Assembly: GCA_030141605.1 (NCBI GenBank) | Contig: JAQGDQ010000037.1 | Span: 496,001-560,000, forward strand | Length of the DNA stretch: 64,000 nucleotides | DNA from: Tubiluchus corallicola | Taxonomy: Eukaryota; Animalia; Priapulida | Direction: 5' to 3' | Shown here: one piece after another, positions 12,906-26,900 of the stretch | Numbering within the stretch: the first letter of the stretch is position 1 | Layout of the letters: each line of letters opens with the position of its first letter | Translations under genes and position numbers: made by a program | Notes under the pieces: model-generated | Databases searched by the model: none | Seen by the model: the letters and a program-made list of their open reading frames with translations, nothing else | What the model was told of the DNA's origin: nothing

Positions 12906-15900
12906 CTATGAAACCATATGAGTCTGTTTGTTAAAAAGTTCTAATGTTAGACTACTAAGAAAAGCTGGAATACTGTCCCGTTGTTTCAGGTATAGTTCCA
13001 GCATTTCTGTCAGCGTTCGAGAATAGTCGTTTTCCAGCAGCGATAAACCATCTTTGTTTTGCTGAAAAAAAAACAAGAACACGTGTAGAGTGTAAAAAAG
13101 CTGTGAAAGAAACATATTTCTGCAAGAATATATATTTACAGTAGAGAGAGAAGACAGGCAGTCAGGCAGTATTATCATTCAATTAGAGAATAATTTCTAT
13201 AGGTACTTAATGACCCAGATCTGGCAGCCAACAACACATCTCTGGAGTTTTTCAATTTTTTTCACTAGTATATTGTGTACCCAGCATTCTGACTTTGTAT
13301 CTCAAACTCTCAAAAAACTGTTTGGCAGTAAGATAATGTCCAAGAAAAGGATATTTTCTTTTCATCTCTGGTGATACCAAACTATTGTATGTCACGCTGG
13401 AACGTTGGCTTACTTTAGTGTAGGATTAGACATTGTCATAATTTTTCTTTGTATTAAAAATTCTTGACTATGACTGTACACATCTTAAGAAGTCCAAAAC
13501 CCACATGTCTAGAGATATTCATAAATTAAATTCAGCAATTTGATGTCAATTAATTTAATTAACTAACTTATTTTCTATTTGTTTGCTGTTTAATGTTTTT
13601 GTTTTTCTTTCACCTGAAGATGGCAGCATGTTACAGTAACAAAGCGGTTACATTAAGACGATTCGCCTGTTGCGAGAAAAACGGAAAATCTTGCAGCTTC
13701 TATTTTGCGCTGTAGGTGGCGCCAGTATAATCGGTTGGCTGAAATGACCGAAAAGTGTAAACAGTATTTTTGCTATTTCGTTGAAGATTTTTCTCGGAGC
13801 GATTTTGTAATTAATCTTTGTTCGCGATTTTGTTCGGCTCTTGCACTGCCTTAAATATATAGAAAAACCGATCACAATGAAACCAAATTGTTAAACATTT
13901 AATGTCAATGTATTTCTTAATTCATTTAGAATGCATGCAGATAATCAATTACTGGAAGGGATTCGATAAAGGAAAAATCCATGTTATTTATAATGCGAGT
14001 AGGCCTGTAGCAGCAACAGTGAAAATGGAAAATATTGGACTATATACAAACTATCAATAGCAAAATTTTAATAAAAACGAGAGGCACACCCACAGTTTTA
14101 ACATTCCTTACTTTATTTTTCATAGGTCTATAATTAGTGTGTATAATGCTAATCGTTGTTATTGGCATATCGCAATATAATTTCTAGAAAAAATATTATA
14201 AGTAATCAGTATAAACATACATCCTGTTAACTTTATGTGCATCAGTTGTTTATCTTAAAAGCTAAGTGGAGAATTTATGAAGCAAGGAAGGATGCTGAAA
14301 GTTATCAACTTTATGTGTAGCAGAGAAATCGAACAATGCAAGTCGTGCGCAATGCAAAGAAGAATTATGAGAGAACCTTGGTTGAGTCTGTATGAGAAAA
14401 ACCAAAGCAATTCTGGGCATATGTAAATCAGAATCTAAATAAATGGGACAAAATTCCAACACTGGTGTTGGAATCAGCAAGGATTTTGATAAGGCAGAAC
14501 TTTTAAATCAATATTTTGCAAGTGTGTTTACTGATGAGGAAGAAATTAATGAACGATTTGCCAGCCAAACTGACACAGTAATCAGCTCAAAAGAAGTCAC
14601 TGAGAATTTAATCAATGATGCCATTTCTCATCTCAAAGATGACTCGGCAATGGGATCCGATTAGTTTCATCCCTTCGCAATTAAGCAGCTTAAGACAGTG
14701 CTAGCAACTCCGCTTAAGATGATATTTCAAAAATCACTCGATGAAGGGAAAGCACCTTGCCCATGGAAACATGCAATGGTTTCTTCAATTTTGAAGGAAG
14801 GAGAAATAAACCTAAAAACAAATTATCGACCAATCAATTTAACATCAGTGATTTGCAAACTACTGGAAAGAATCATCAAGGAATGTATATGGTCATTTAG
14901 TTTCCCAGAACCTTCTCAGTGATTTACAGTATGGATTCATCAAAGGTAGCTCATGTATACTCAATTTGTTGGATGCTTTAACTGACTGGTAGGATTCAAT
15001 CGAACAAGGTTGGGATGTAGATGTGATATATTATGATTTTCAGAAAGCATTTGATAAGGTTCCCCAAAAGAAACTTCTTTTGATACTGCAGGCTTGCAGA
15101 ATATCTTGTAACATTTTAGCATGTATTCAAGATTTTTAACAAATTGTTCGCAGTGTGTAATAATCAACTCTAGTAAGTCGTCCAATGTTGCTGTAAAGAG
15201 TGGCATACCACGCTCAGACCCTTATTATTTCTTATCTACGCTATTGACCTACCAGACAAATTAACATCAACAGTCAAAATGTTTGCCAATGACATGAAGA
15301 TATACAAAAGTGTAAAGTCAACTTATGATCGTATGACACTGCATTGTGATATATCAGTCATGGATGCATGGTCCAGAGAATGCCAAATGTCATTTAACAC
15401 AGATAAATGCAAAACTTTACATCTAGGGAACAACCATGACAAATTTAACTATTTCATGAGTGATAGGTCAGGCGGGCAGAGAATCATAATGCAAATTGAG
15501 TGTCAAAAGGATCTTGGGGTATATGTGGATAGCAAGCTGACATTTAATCAATATATTGATGAAGTCACCAAGAAAGCAAGAAAGAGGCTTTGCTTAATTA
15601 GAAGAACTTTCAGTTTCCTAGATATCCCGATGTTTCTGATTTTATACAAAACATTTGTCCGTCCTATCCTTGACTTTGGAGATGTCATATGGAATCCATC
15701 TAGACTGAATGCAATAAGAAAAGTGGAATCTGTCCAACGTAGAGCTACAAAATTAGTTCCTGCCATGAGCCATCTGACGTATTCAGAACAGATACGAATT
15801 TGAAACTCCACTCATTGAGATTTCGAAGGAAGAGAGGTGATTTGATCCTGATGTTTCGTATCAAGAACAATCTGACTAAACTACAGCCTGGTCGTTATTT

Positions 15901-18900
15901 TGCTAATAGTCTACGAGGTACTGGATATAAAGTTATTAAGCCCAGATGCAGAAACCGGAATAGGTTTGTGTTCAGGACTGTCAATGATTGGAATTCATTA
16001 AATACTAAGGTATGGTGTACCACTAATGCTTCACACTTTAAGACATAACTGGATCAGTATTGGAAAAACCATCCTGAAATGTATCACAACCCATTTCAGC
16101 CTGAATGGACCCTATTGCCCGAGAATTAAAGACTCCCACTAGACTGACTATACACCACAATGGCATAGTATTAAACAACCATGGGCAAAAAGCTATTAGC
16201 TTCGCCCTGATCATCGAAGGTAATCGTTTATTAACCGAAGATTAATGCTTATCTAATAATAAAATAGAATACAATTTCTTTGAAACAAGTTGAAGTTTTG
16301 AAGCTGAAGTTTTTATTATTAACACACTATCATAGAAAGATTTTTATCTTACTGGTTTGACAAAATGATTGGGTGAGTAGAATATAACTTTGTACTTAAC
16401 CGAAACAACATCAAAACTTATCATTAGTGTTCAGGCGGCAGGATTACAGTTTGTACTTCCAACTGACCAAACACTTTTTTCAAAACTATTTGCATATCTG
16501 GTATCTCTAGTTCATACATTTCTAGTTTGTTCACTTTTTAATGCAGCTCGGCACACTGCCGGAGTCATCAGCACTTAAGGTGGATGACATTGTGGTTGTG
16601 GCAAAACCGTAATCTAGCATATCATGGCTGATTTCCTAAGATTAGACACTGTAGTGACTGAAGTGTCTATCATACCCAGTGGCCACCTCATTAGCATGCT
16701 TAACTTAGATCACTCGACCATGACTACTCCGCCATTCGGCTATTCTAATCACCTCAAAATGTACTTTACAAAATATAAGTAACACTTTCACGTAAATTTT
16801 ATCATTCATTGTCTTGACTTGTGTGGACAGCAGTATAAAATCTTGTTTTACATTATTACTACACTTGTTAATTATGCCTATATATCACACTGACCATTAT
16901 TTTAACACCTAATTATTTGGCATAATAAATCTGTTCTGTTTAGTCAAAACTCCTTGAATATTTTATGCTGACACACTTTTTGCTGTAACCCTTTGTCATT
17001 ATGTTTAGTATTAAAGAAAAATGTTCTGTAACCATTGAAGAACCATAAGTTTTAATTTGATATTGAGCTAAAGCAGGTATAATAATGCATAAAGCTGTGT
17101 TATCAATTTGTGCTGTCACAACTTATCTCTTAAATAATTTGTGGAAAGAATTTCTTGAGCAAAAACTAAAATGAAATTCTTCACCTTAGCAAGTAGTATA
17201 TTCATTAACATGTAGTAAAGTATTGTCTTTGAACATCTGCATTCTACATAAAAAAGCTTTAGATTCAGTGTGAGAAGTTTCATTTTTTCTAAAGCAAAGC
17301 ATGAGCCATAACTGATGAATGGCTGAATTATAATTTAGTAGCAGGGTTCTAGCAGTATATTCCATTGATCAGTCCCTAAAGTTAGTAGTTACCAATAGAA
17401 TCTCAAATTAGGACCCATTTTTTGTTTTGATAATGTGCTTTACATGTGAGTGTTTATGTGAATAGTTTTTGTTTTTGGTTGCAGGTTTACATTTTGATCT
17501 GTTACAATACTAGTATGTGATACAACTTTGACTGTCATTCCAAATCTCTCACGTGCTTTGCCAGTTCTACCTTTGCTTGAACATAGCCACCTACACATAA
17601 TGGCAAAGGTTTTTATAGTCTTCGTTTTGCTCAAGGTGCTTAGTGATGTCAGTTGTAGTGAACTTGTTTATCATCATTATTGCATAGTCGGTGCAGGACC
17701 TGCAGGTTTACAGCTTGGCTACTTTTTGGGCAAAGCTGATCGTGATTATCTTGTCCTTGAAAGAGCAAATACCTCCGGTTCTTTTTTCATGAAATATCCT
17801 CGTCATCGTAAACTTATTAGTATCAACAAGCGAAATACTGGTAGGAAGAACAAAGAATTTAACTTACGCCATGACTGGAACTCACTGCTCTCCGACAATG
17901 AGTTACTCCAATTCAAACACTATTCGCATGATTTTTTTCCGGATGCAGACACATATCGGAAATATCTTGAAGATTTTCGTGAACGTAATAATGTCAAGGT
18001 GCAGTTTAACACTGAAGTGAACAACATAAGAAAAGTTTCAGATAAAGATAACTTCAAAGGATTTTTTTTCTTAATGAATGATCAGCGAAATAACATTTAT
18101 AAGTGTCGCACTGTTGTAATGGCAAATGGCGTTTCCATTCCAAATGTGCCAATATTTAAAGGATCTGAATTTGTAGAGGAATACGCTGATATCTCAGTTG
18201 ATCCGGAAGATTATGAGGCAAAATCTCTTTTAATTTTAGGTCATGGAAATTCTGCTTTTGAGGTAGCAGATAGCGTAATAGGACGAACCAATTTTATTCA
18301 TATGCTTGCTAGATCACGAATTCGTCTATCATGGGAGACTCACTACGTCGGAGATTTGAGAGCTGTCAACAATGCTTTGTTGGACACATATCAGCTGAAG
18401 TCACTCGATGGTATAGGGGAAGCTGACATGAGCGAGGTAGAAATAGAGAAGATTGGTGATCAGTTTTATTTGTCAGAAGCGAGCAATGGCGGAATACACG
18501 TTGACGATAACTTTGCTTTTAGAGCACCTTATGATAAAGTTATCAGCTGCCTCGGTTTCAAATATGACTTCAGTATTTTCAATAGTTCACTTCCAGTCAA
18601 AGTTGCAGGAAGTGGAATTACCAAAAAATTTCCAGCTATATCCCATCACTATGAGTCTAAACAAGTACCAGGTTTATTTTTTGCTGGTGTAAATACTCAC
18701 TCCCTGGATGTTTATAAATCTGCAGGTGGATTCATACATGGTTACAGATATACAGTTAAAGCATTGTACAGGCTTCTGGAATATCGCTACCATGGTGTGG
18801 AATGGCCATCGATTAGCATAAAATCTTCGCAAATTGTAAACTTTATTTTACGGCGTGTAAATGAAGCTTCCGACATATATCAAATGTTTTCCATTTTGGG

Positions 18901-21900
18901 TGACATTATTTTAATAAAAGAGAATGGTGAAAGTGCAGAATATCTGCAAGGCTATCCCATTAAAACATTATCAGATTTTACCAAACTCACTGGAAAGGAT
19001 GGGGGACCAATGATTGTTGTAACACTGCAGTACGGAGCTAATTTTTCTGGTCCAGGCAGTGATCCATTCCGAAGAGATAGAGCAACAGCCCAACAGGAGC
19101 TGGCTCATGAATCTAATTTCCTACATCCAGTACTTTACTACTATGATCAAGTGCCATCAGCAAATGAAATGACATCTCTGTTAGAGGGTCAGATACTGCC
19201 TAAGCCACTATTTCTTCATCATATAGTTGAAGATTTTCTTACTGAGTTTACTGCTCCAGCATCTCATATTGAACCTCTGTACCGTTTCATTGATGCAGTA
19301 TTAGGACAAGATACTAGATGGAGATTTGCTGAAGACTGCTTTAAACAGGCATTGACACAGTCTTTCCTACCCATGACCTGCAGACAGTATTATGCACAAG
19401 GTGTAGGAATAGTTGCCTAGTACTTACTTTAAATTTGCACAATAAGTAAATTACAAAGGTCACGCAAAGGTCCAGTAGTGCAGAATAAAATGTCACGTAA
19501 ACAAAAAAGCTTGTTGCTTCATTTCACAGATCGCATTAATTACTTTTCAAACGTCATGACGTGAGGTCTCATAAACTCTGTTTAAAAATGTTGTAAGTTC
19601 AGTTCTACACATGACAAAACCTATAGTCTGTAAAAGGCATCAAGAAGCATGAATTGCAGTCATGTAATTGATATTTTCAATCTTATTTATAATAGAATAG
19701 CTTTGAGACACCTCATGGTTTTAGAAATAATAATGAGACAGCTGGACTGTCTCAGCTGGAACTGATGTTATGACTCATAATACGTATATACTCAACAAAA
19801 GGCCCCTAAAACCTTTATCTCTTTGCCAACTGTACTTTAAATACATGTCAATTCTCAACAATACAAATGAACTTTAAAACTACTTACTTGAAACAACAAG
19901 CAGTCTTCGGGTGATTCCGCATACATACTTCGCAGCCGGTACTGATTTCGAACGGGAATGTCAATTTGGTATCCGAGCAGCATGTAACACACTTCGCGAA
20001 ACTCGGTACTTGTTTTGCGGAATACTTCCATCAGACGTTGGTTTTTCAACTCGCTTGCTCGCATTTGTGCCTTCATATCTGAAAAACACATGGTTATTTC
20101 ACCACTTTCGGTGTCACTTATGTCTCTAGTAAATTAAAATTCGCAAAAAAAGTCCACCGTAAATTATTTGAAATACATCAAGAGGTAGTGAACACAGTTC
20201 TACGATAGCATTCACAGTATTCTCTCTTAATTTCGTTGTCTGCTCTATTTGTGTGTGACATTACCACAAACCAATAAAGATATGTCATCATACAAATGAG
20301 AAATCTTCATAACTTTGTTCTCATTTTGTTGGCAATATTTTTACAGCCCACTTTTTCCATTAACGATGAGAATAATCTTCCAATAAATTTGAAACTTTTT
20401 CATTACTCACTTTGACTATGCGTACTAAGAAACTTTTTCATTACTCACTTTGACTATGCATACTAACTCACTTAGACTCAAACAAAAATAAAATGCGTCA
20501 TGATGTTCCTGTTTGCGTATAACATCTAAACATCTCTGGATTTTTTTCTCAATTACAGTAAATGAATTACTTGAAAAAGTATAACTTCATGGTTTCTATG
20601 TTGTCTACAAACTGTATTTGTGCTATTTTCAACCTAGATACTGAATCTTGAATTTACTTTTAAAGACCACGTTAAGCAACAGACTAGAATGTGTTCTTTT
20701 TGATGTGGTACAAGAATCTGTTTGTGAATCTACTTGTTAATTACAAGGTCACCTTTCTTTTATAAATAAATGATTATTTTGTGTTATTCGCATTTTTGCA
20801 GAATCTTGTATTATTTATTCATTTGCTAAGACCACAGAGGGACTGCGATGCACGATAAAAATGGCACAGGAAAAAATGGCACAAATGGAGGTAAAAATGG
20901 CCATGTATTGCTTTGATACAGATAATTCCAATAAGTAATTAAAATAATTATGATGCAATGTATAATCTACAGTGTCAGACGACTTAATACGCTCACTTTC
21001 AGGCGAAGTATTGCAAAGCAGAACTTAAAAAAGATATGGCTATTCAAGAGATTAAATAGCTTCCATACAGTTTACACCCATTTCTCAGAAAATATTTTCT
21101 TTGAAATTCATTTTACAGAAAAAACATTTCCCAGTAAGATTCATTTTTAACAGAAAAATCATGGTAAGGTTTTTAATTGCTTTAAAAAGAGTAGGAATAA
21201 AGCCTTCAATTTCTCTTTTTCTGTTTGCTTCTCTTTGTTTCCCTCTCATCATCTCCCTCCTTCTCTCTCTCCCTATCAGTCTCCTCCATCTTTCTTTCTC
21301 TGGCCTTTCTTTTTTCCTCTGTCTCTCCCTTTCTATCCTTGTTCTCTCCTACACGCCTTCCTCTTCCTTCCCCTCCCTCGCTCTTCTCTCTCTACCTCTC
21401 CCTTACTTTATTCCCTGTCTCACCCCTGTTTCTTTCTGTCTCTTTCTCTCACCCTTCTCTCCTTTCTCTCTCTTTCTGCTTTTTAATTATCTACAATGCT
21501 TTTACTAATGACTATCAGAAATCAGTATCATTTCAAATGACACAAATATTTAAAGTGTCAACCTTGTTTTTTTATTTTGCTTTAGAAAAATATTTTGTTT
21601 GCAACTTTCACGAATGATTTTTGTATATTGTGTATGATCAAATTTTACGCAAAAACAGCAAAAAAATTTTTGCGATGTTATACCCCTTCACAAAGTTTCG
21701 TGGAAATCTGTTAGGTAGTTTCTGCATAATAGGCTTACTGATATAACAGACAAAAGACAACTAACCAAACAAACTGTGTTAAATCATAACTTCTTTGTCG
21801 GAGGTAAAAATAAGTAGAATAATTATCACGTATAACAACCCTAAACTTAAACTCATTTTTTACTAAGTGTGCTATTTTTTCCTGAGCCATTTTTACTTAC

Positions 21901-23903
21901 TTTTCCATTTGTGCCATTTTTTCCAGTGACATTTTTACGTGCATTTAGGGACTACATGTCACATAGCTAACCACAACAATCACTCCATTAAATAGCAAAA
22001 CTCCTGAATTGTTTTTTTCTAAAATAATCAACTAGCAACCCATTATTAACTCCAGTGACCTTTGACATCTAGGGCAAAAATAGCCTTTCATTTTTTTATG
22101 AAAAGTGATAATTTTTACTCTGAATTTGAAGCAAAAGGAGCATAAGTTGTAGTGCTAACAAGCTGGCACCTAATGAAGTTCTTATTTCTGGTTCTTGCTT
22201 ACAACGAAACACGCATGCTGAGCATGCTATCTTTAAAATTTGTCTATGTACAAGCTCTATTACAACCACTATTATTGACGAACAATTTCTTGTCATAACG
22301 TGTTTCAGCAGTATTTGCAGCATTTCAAATAAATGACCATTGTATTCTAAAGTCCACATCAAGCTTTCAGGTGGCTCATTATAATGTTGTTTTCAACTTG
22401 CAATGCATTTGCTTCAGCTTAGATGTTTCAAACATCCATTGAAAGTTTTGGTTTCATGAATTTTTTCTTTATAAATTACAAGATGATACGTTTTACCTAT
22501 TCGGTGTGTTGGCTTTGACATTTATTACTTATAATGACTTTTGGTTAATAAGAATAACTTTTTTAATATAAAAATATTAAATCACAGATTAAAAAAATCA
22601 CAGGAAAAAGTTAATACTTTTCCAAAGAAAAATTCTATCTTGATCAAATGTCAGAATTGCTTGTAGTTAAGCTCAGTAATATAACTGACAATGATTTGCT
22701 AATTTCACACAACTAATAAAGCATTAATACTTCATTTAGTTTGACACTGCCAGTTAAACAGCAGTGCATAAACCACAATGTAATTGAATTTTGTGTCTGT
22801 TTCTGAAAAGGACTACAAGGACGAATCATGACTACAGTGAAATCTTATTATTTCGAAATGGTTATATTAAACCTTCTAATTCTTTAGGCGTAGGTTGATT
22901 CTGGATCTGCTCTTCAACCTGCACGGTCAGGTCAACAACTTTACCGCCAGACTCCTCTAAAAGTTTTACTCTTGCTCTAAGTGCTTCACACTCAGTTTTT
23001 AATTGATTGAGTTCTTCACTTCGCTGCTTCAGTGCCATTGATGTAGGATTCATTTTGAAGTGGATAACTTTTGTTTCTCTAGGATTACAAATTGGCTGCA
23101 AAGTAAAAGTTTTCTTTAGGTATAATTTGAAACATAGTCGCATAACATAATGTCTACTCTTTTAGAAACGTGCAGGAAGAGAACGAAAATAAGCCGGAAG
23201 AAATTAAGAAGAGCTTCATTCACAAGGACCAATGTGCACATTTTACACATAAAAAGTTGTTCAATGCCACATCAATACAAATTCTAATTAAAGATTTTGT
23301 TTTTCTTTTGTATTATTTAAATCACTATCTGCTATCTTGATATTATAACAGACTTTCATATGTCACTAACTACTTCAGTATCACAGATTGAATGTAACTC
23401 AAACTGTGTGCTTGAGTTATACAAAATAATATATAGCTGCGCTATCCAAGGGCTATCCTGCATGAATGAAAAAGTGATGCTATATAATCATTTTGTGACA
23501 TTTCTCTTTTTGTAAAGCAGAGTAACATTTGCTTACTACTACCTAATAGTGACTACTCATACACCAATCTTAAGACTATTATTATTTAGTTGACTACCTG
23601 ATTCTCAACTTTCCACCGTTCCAGTTCTTCACATCTCTGCTGAGAACGCTCCAAAGCTGCTTCTAGTCCAAGAATTTTTTCGTCAAGTAGCATTGTGTGT
23701 TCTGCTGTTGATCTGTACATAAATAAATGCAATTTTTAAATTATCTTTACAGAAACATATTTTTCAAAAACAAAGGGATGATACATATGGGATTGTAATT
23801 TTATTTAAATTTTTCTTCAAAAAATTTACTGCATACAAGTGTGTGTGTGTGTATGCGTGCGTGTGTACATGTACATGCATGCACACATACATATATATTA
23901 CAA

Positions 23904-23950
<47 letters not shown>

Positions 23951-26900
23951 AATACATATAAATCTACACATTTATATATGTATATATATATATCTGAATA
24001 TTTTATTAGTAAATTTCTAATTAAAGCTCAAAGCTCTTAAGCCTTAAAACACGGCTAACAAAGTCTCTAAACAAACAGTGACCTCTCTTAATTTTCGAGA
24101 AAGCTCACGTGCTAACCAACAAACTGTATATATAAATTGTTATACTTGTTTAAAAATTCTGCACATTGCTCAAAATGTAAAAAAAAAGATCTAAATGGGT
24201 AGTTTAGTACTGTCATACCTTGGATAATGAGTTAAGTGAGAAAACTTGCACAAACCATGGAAAGCCAAGGAACTTAACCCTGTGCAACTCATATTATCGG
24301 TACCAACAACCCAGTGTTACGCAAAAACAGCAAAAAATATCAGAAAAATATTTAAACTAGCTCACTTGAGATAATCATTGTCTTCTCTCAGTTTCCTATT
24401 CGCTGCCTCAAGTTCGTTGATTTTTGTAACTTCGCTCGCTATCGTTGTGGAAAGTACTTCTGTTTCTTTCATTCGGGTTAATTTCTGCTCCAGATTCTGA
24501 AGTATATTTTTACAATTGCCTTATTTACTCATTAGACCCTATCTGAATGAAAATATATGATGATGATAGTAATAATTATGTGCATGTCAAACATAATCGT
24601 TTGCACAGAGGAGCAAAAACATACCATGTTATGACATCGGAGTTCCTCTGCTTCTAATTTCAATTTATTGATCAGTTGTGCTTGATTAGAAGAATCCTGG
24701 CTGCGTCTACAAAAAATATATCCAGTTCAGCTGGAATTTAGTGATTTACAAATAAAACATACTCCATGAAGTAGCACTGAACGTTATGGAAGTCCAGTTG
24801 CTTCTAATAATATAGTAAATACCTTAGTGGATTACATCCTAATAGAATAAAGCCTTCATTTAATGATGCACAGTCAGAATATTTTTCAACCATTCTCTGA
24901 CCTAACGACGAATTTTTATGTTTAGGCCAAATATTTTATCCAAATATTATTGTGCTTTCATCTTCTAAAAAGCTGTCATAATAATGTGTTTTTTTTTTAT
25001 TCATGTCAGACTGTAAGATACTGACATATTAGCTACTGTGCATGTACCTACTATTAGCTACTATTACAGATACTACTAGTATATGAGAAGTTTGCAATCC
25101 ACGCAGCAAGATTTACATCCACATGACATAAACATACTTTAACAACTGTCGCATCTTGGCTTTCAGTTCATGTGACTCAGTCTGTGCCATTTTAATTTCT
25201 CCCTGCAACCTGTAAAAAACAAAAAGTCAATAGTCCGCAATGTGTGCAAACAGACAATAATAACCTCTTTAATGCTTAAAGTCACACTAAAATCTCACTA
25301 TAATCTTTTACAACCTAAAATCCTAGTCTCATTACATATATTCAGTTTGTTTTATTACAAAGTTACTGTAAAACTTGTTTCTTTTGATTTTTTATCACTT
25401 CGTTGTTAGCAGTATTAAATTTGAAGAACCGCTATGTTTCATGCGTGTTATGAGTACAGCCACGAGGTCGCCAAAGATGGGCAACCAAAGACGCTTTCTG
25501 TACTTCGTACATCATTCTCGCTCACTAGCGTCAAAGATGCGAAACATGGCGATCTTTATAGGCAATACATGAATTCGAAATTCTCCAGAAAAAAGATGTT
25601 ACTTAATTTATAAGTCTCTTTTATTTAATAATAACTATGAATTATTTGTATAATCATAATAATGTGTTAAAAAAATTTGGGGCTGCTGGGGTTATATAGC
25701 CCTTTAAATACAGGTATCGGTCAGAACTATGTTAAGGTCTCAGTAGACCCTTGGCCCTACAACTTATGATAACTAGTCACATACACTATCCATATTAGAA
25801 CTTTCTAGTGATTGAGCTTGTAATTGAAGATTAAACTGTAACACTGCAAAAAAATCTAATGCATAAAAATATCTGTAATTTTTTGCAGCAAACTTAAAAA
25901 ATGATGATACACTAAACTGCACCTCTTTTGCATTTTTAAAATATATAGCTAGAATGCAAAATGTACATAAAACAGTCTAAAAAATTTTAAGGGCCCTAAA
26001 TTATTTGCAAGCCTAAGGACGACTTGGGTATCCAACTTTCAAGTGAAGTTATTAGGAAGTTAGCTATGAACTAGAATAATGCAAGAAAAAAAGAAACCTT
26101 AAGTGCTTTAATGCTTAACTACAAACATATATCAACATAGCTATTGTCCTAGGTCCCACATGCTACAAGTTATGTCCCAGTTACACACCCACTACCCCTA
26201 CTGGAACTTTCTAGCATTTCAGGTTATAGCTTCAATAATGTGCAATATGTACAATACACAATACCTATAAAATATCAGTGTGGGTAGTTCCTTTACTAAT
26301 GTAACTGTTACATTGACATTTTCAAAAATGTCACTTCTTACAGTCTCAAGTTACATTGTCAAAAAAGTAACTAGCTGCAGCTACAGCTCTTTCTCCACTC
26401 TTAGAAAAGTAACTACAGTTACAGTTCCTTTAAAAAGCATGAGGCTGTCAAAATTCATGCTAGAATGCAGTCACACTGATGACTTGCACAGCAGAAACTA
26501 CTGCATATCCTAAACGAAAAGCATAACAGTATCATGTGCAAAGTACAATATTTATATGGCATACAGTTTATAAATTTTTATAAGTTTAACTTTAAAAAAA
26601 CGTAAGCAATAAAAATAACTATTACTTTCATTAAAAGGAACAAGTTACAGTCACAAGTTAGGTTCTAATAAATTTAAAACTCATTACAGTTACAGTTCGA
26701 CAATGTTCAAAGTACTTTTTTGAACTAGCTATATTTTTAACTCATCATTCCTATTACTGAATGGTGTAACAACGAAATTAATGGAAACCAGGTGACCTTC
26801 AAAAAATCTGGTGACCTTCAATTTAATAAAAACTTTAGATGTGCATTAAAATGTTACCTCAATTGCTCCTGTCTGTACTGACTTTTAAAACTTGACATGG

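Larger units (their letters stand above)
20847..21945. mobile_element. Non-autonomous TIR element (MULE-like) containing a CT-rich tract and a HINE fragment
   Basis: The left end ATGCACGATAAAAATGGCACAGGAAAAAATGGCACAAATGG is inverted at about 21905-21944. Flanking direct repeats gagggactgc (20837-46) and tagggactac (21946-55) match 8/10. Confidence 0.6.

Noticed and set aside
17528-17599. 24-aa N-terminal extension of the FOXRED2 ORF in the track
   Set aside because: It starts at TTG; the first in-frame ATG (17600) gives a proper signal peptide.
21101-21617. Three overlapping 83-135 aa hydrophobic ORFs
   Set aside because: Artefacts of the CT-rich tract.
24497-24542. Alternative MAD1L1 acceptor at 24543-44
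   Set aside because: It introduces an in-frame TAA; the acceptor at 24497-98 keeps the frame and the homology.
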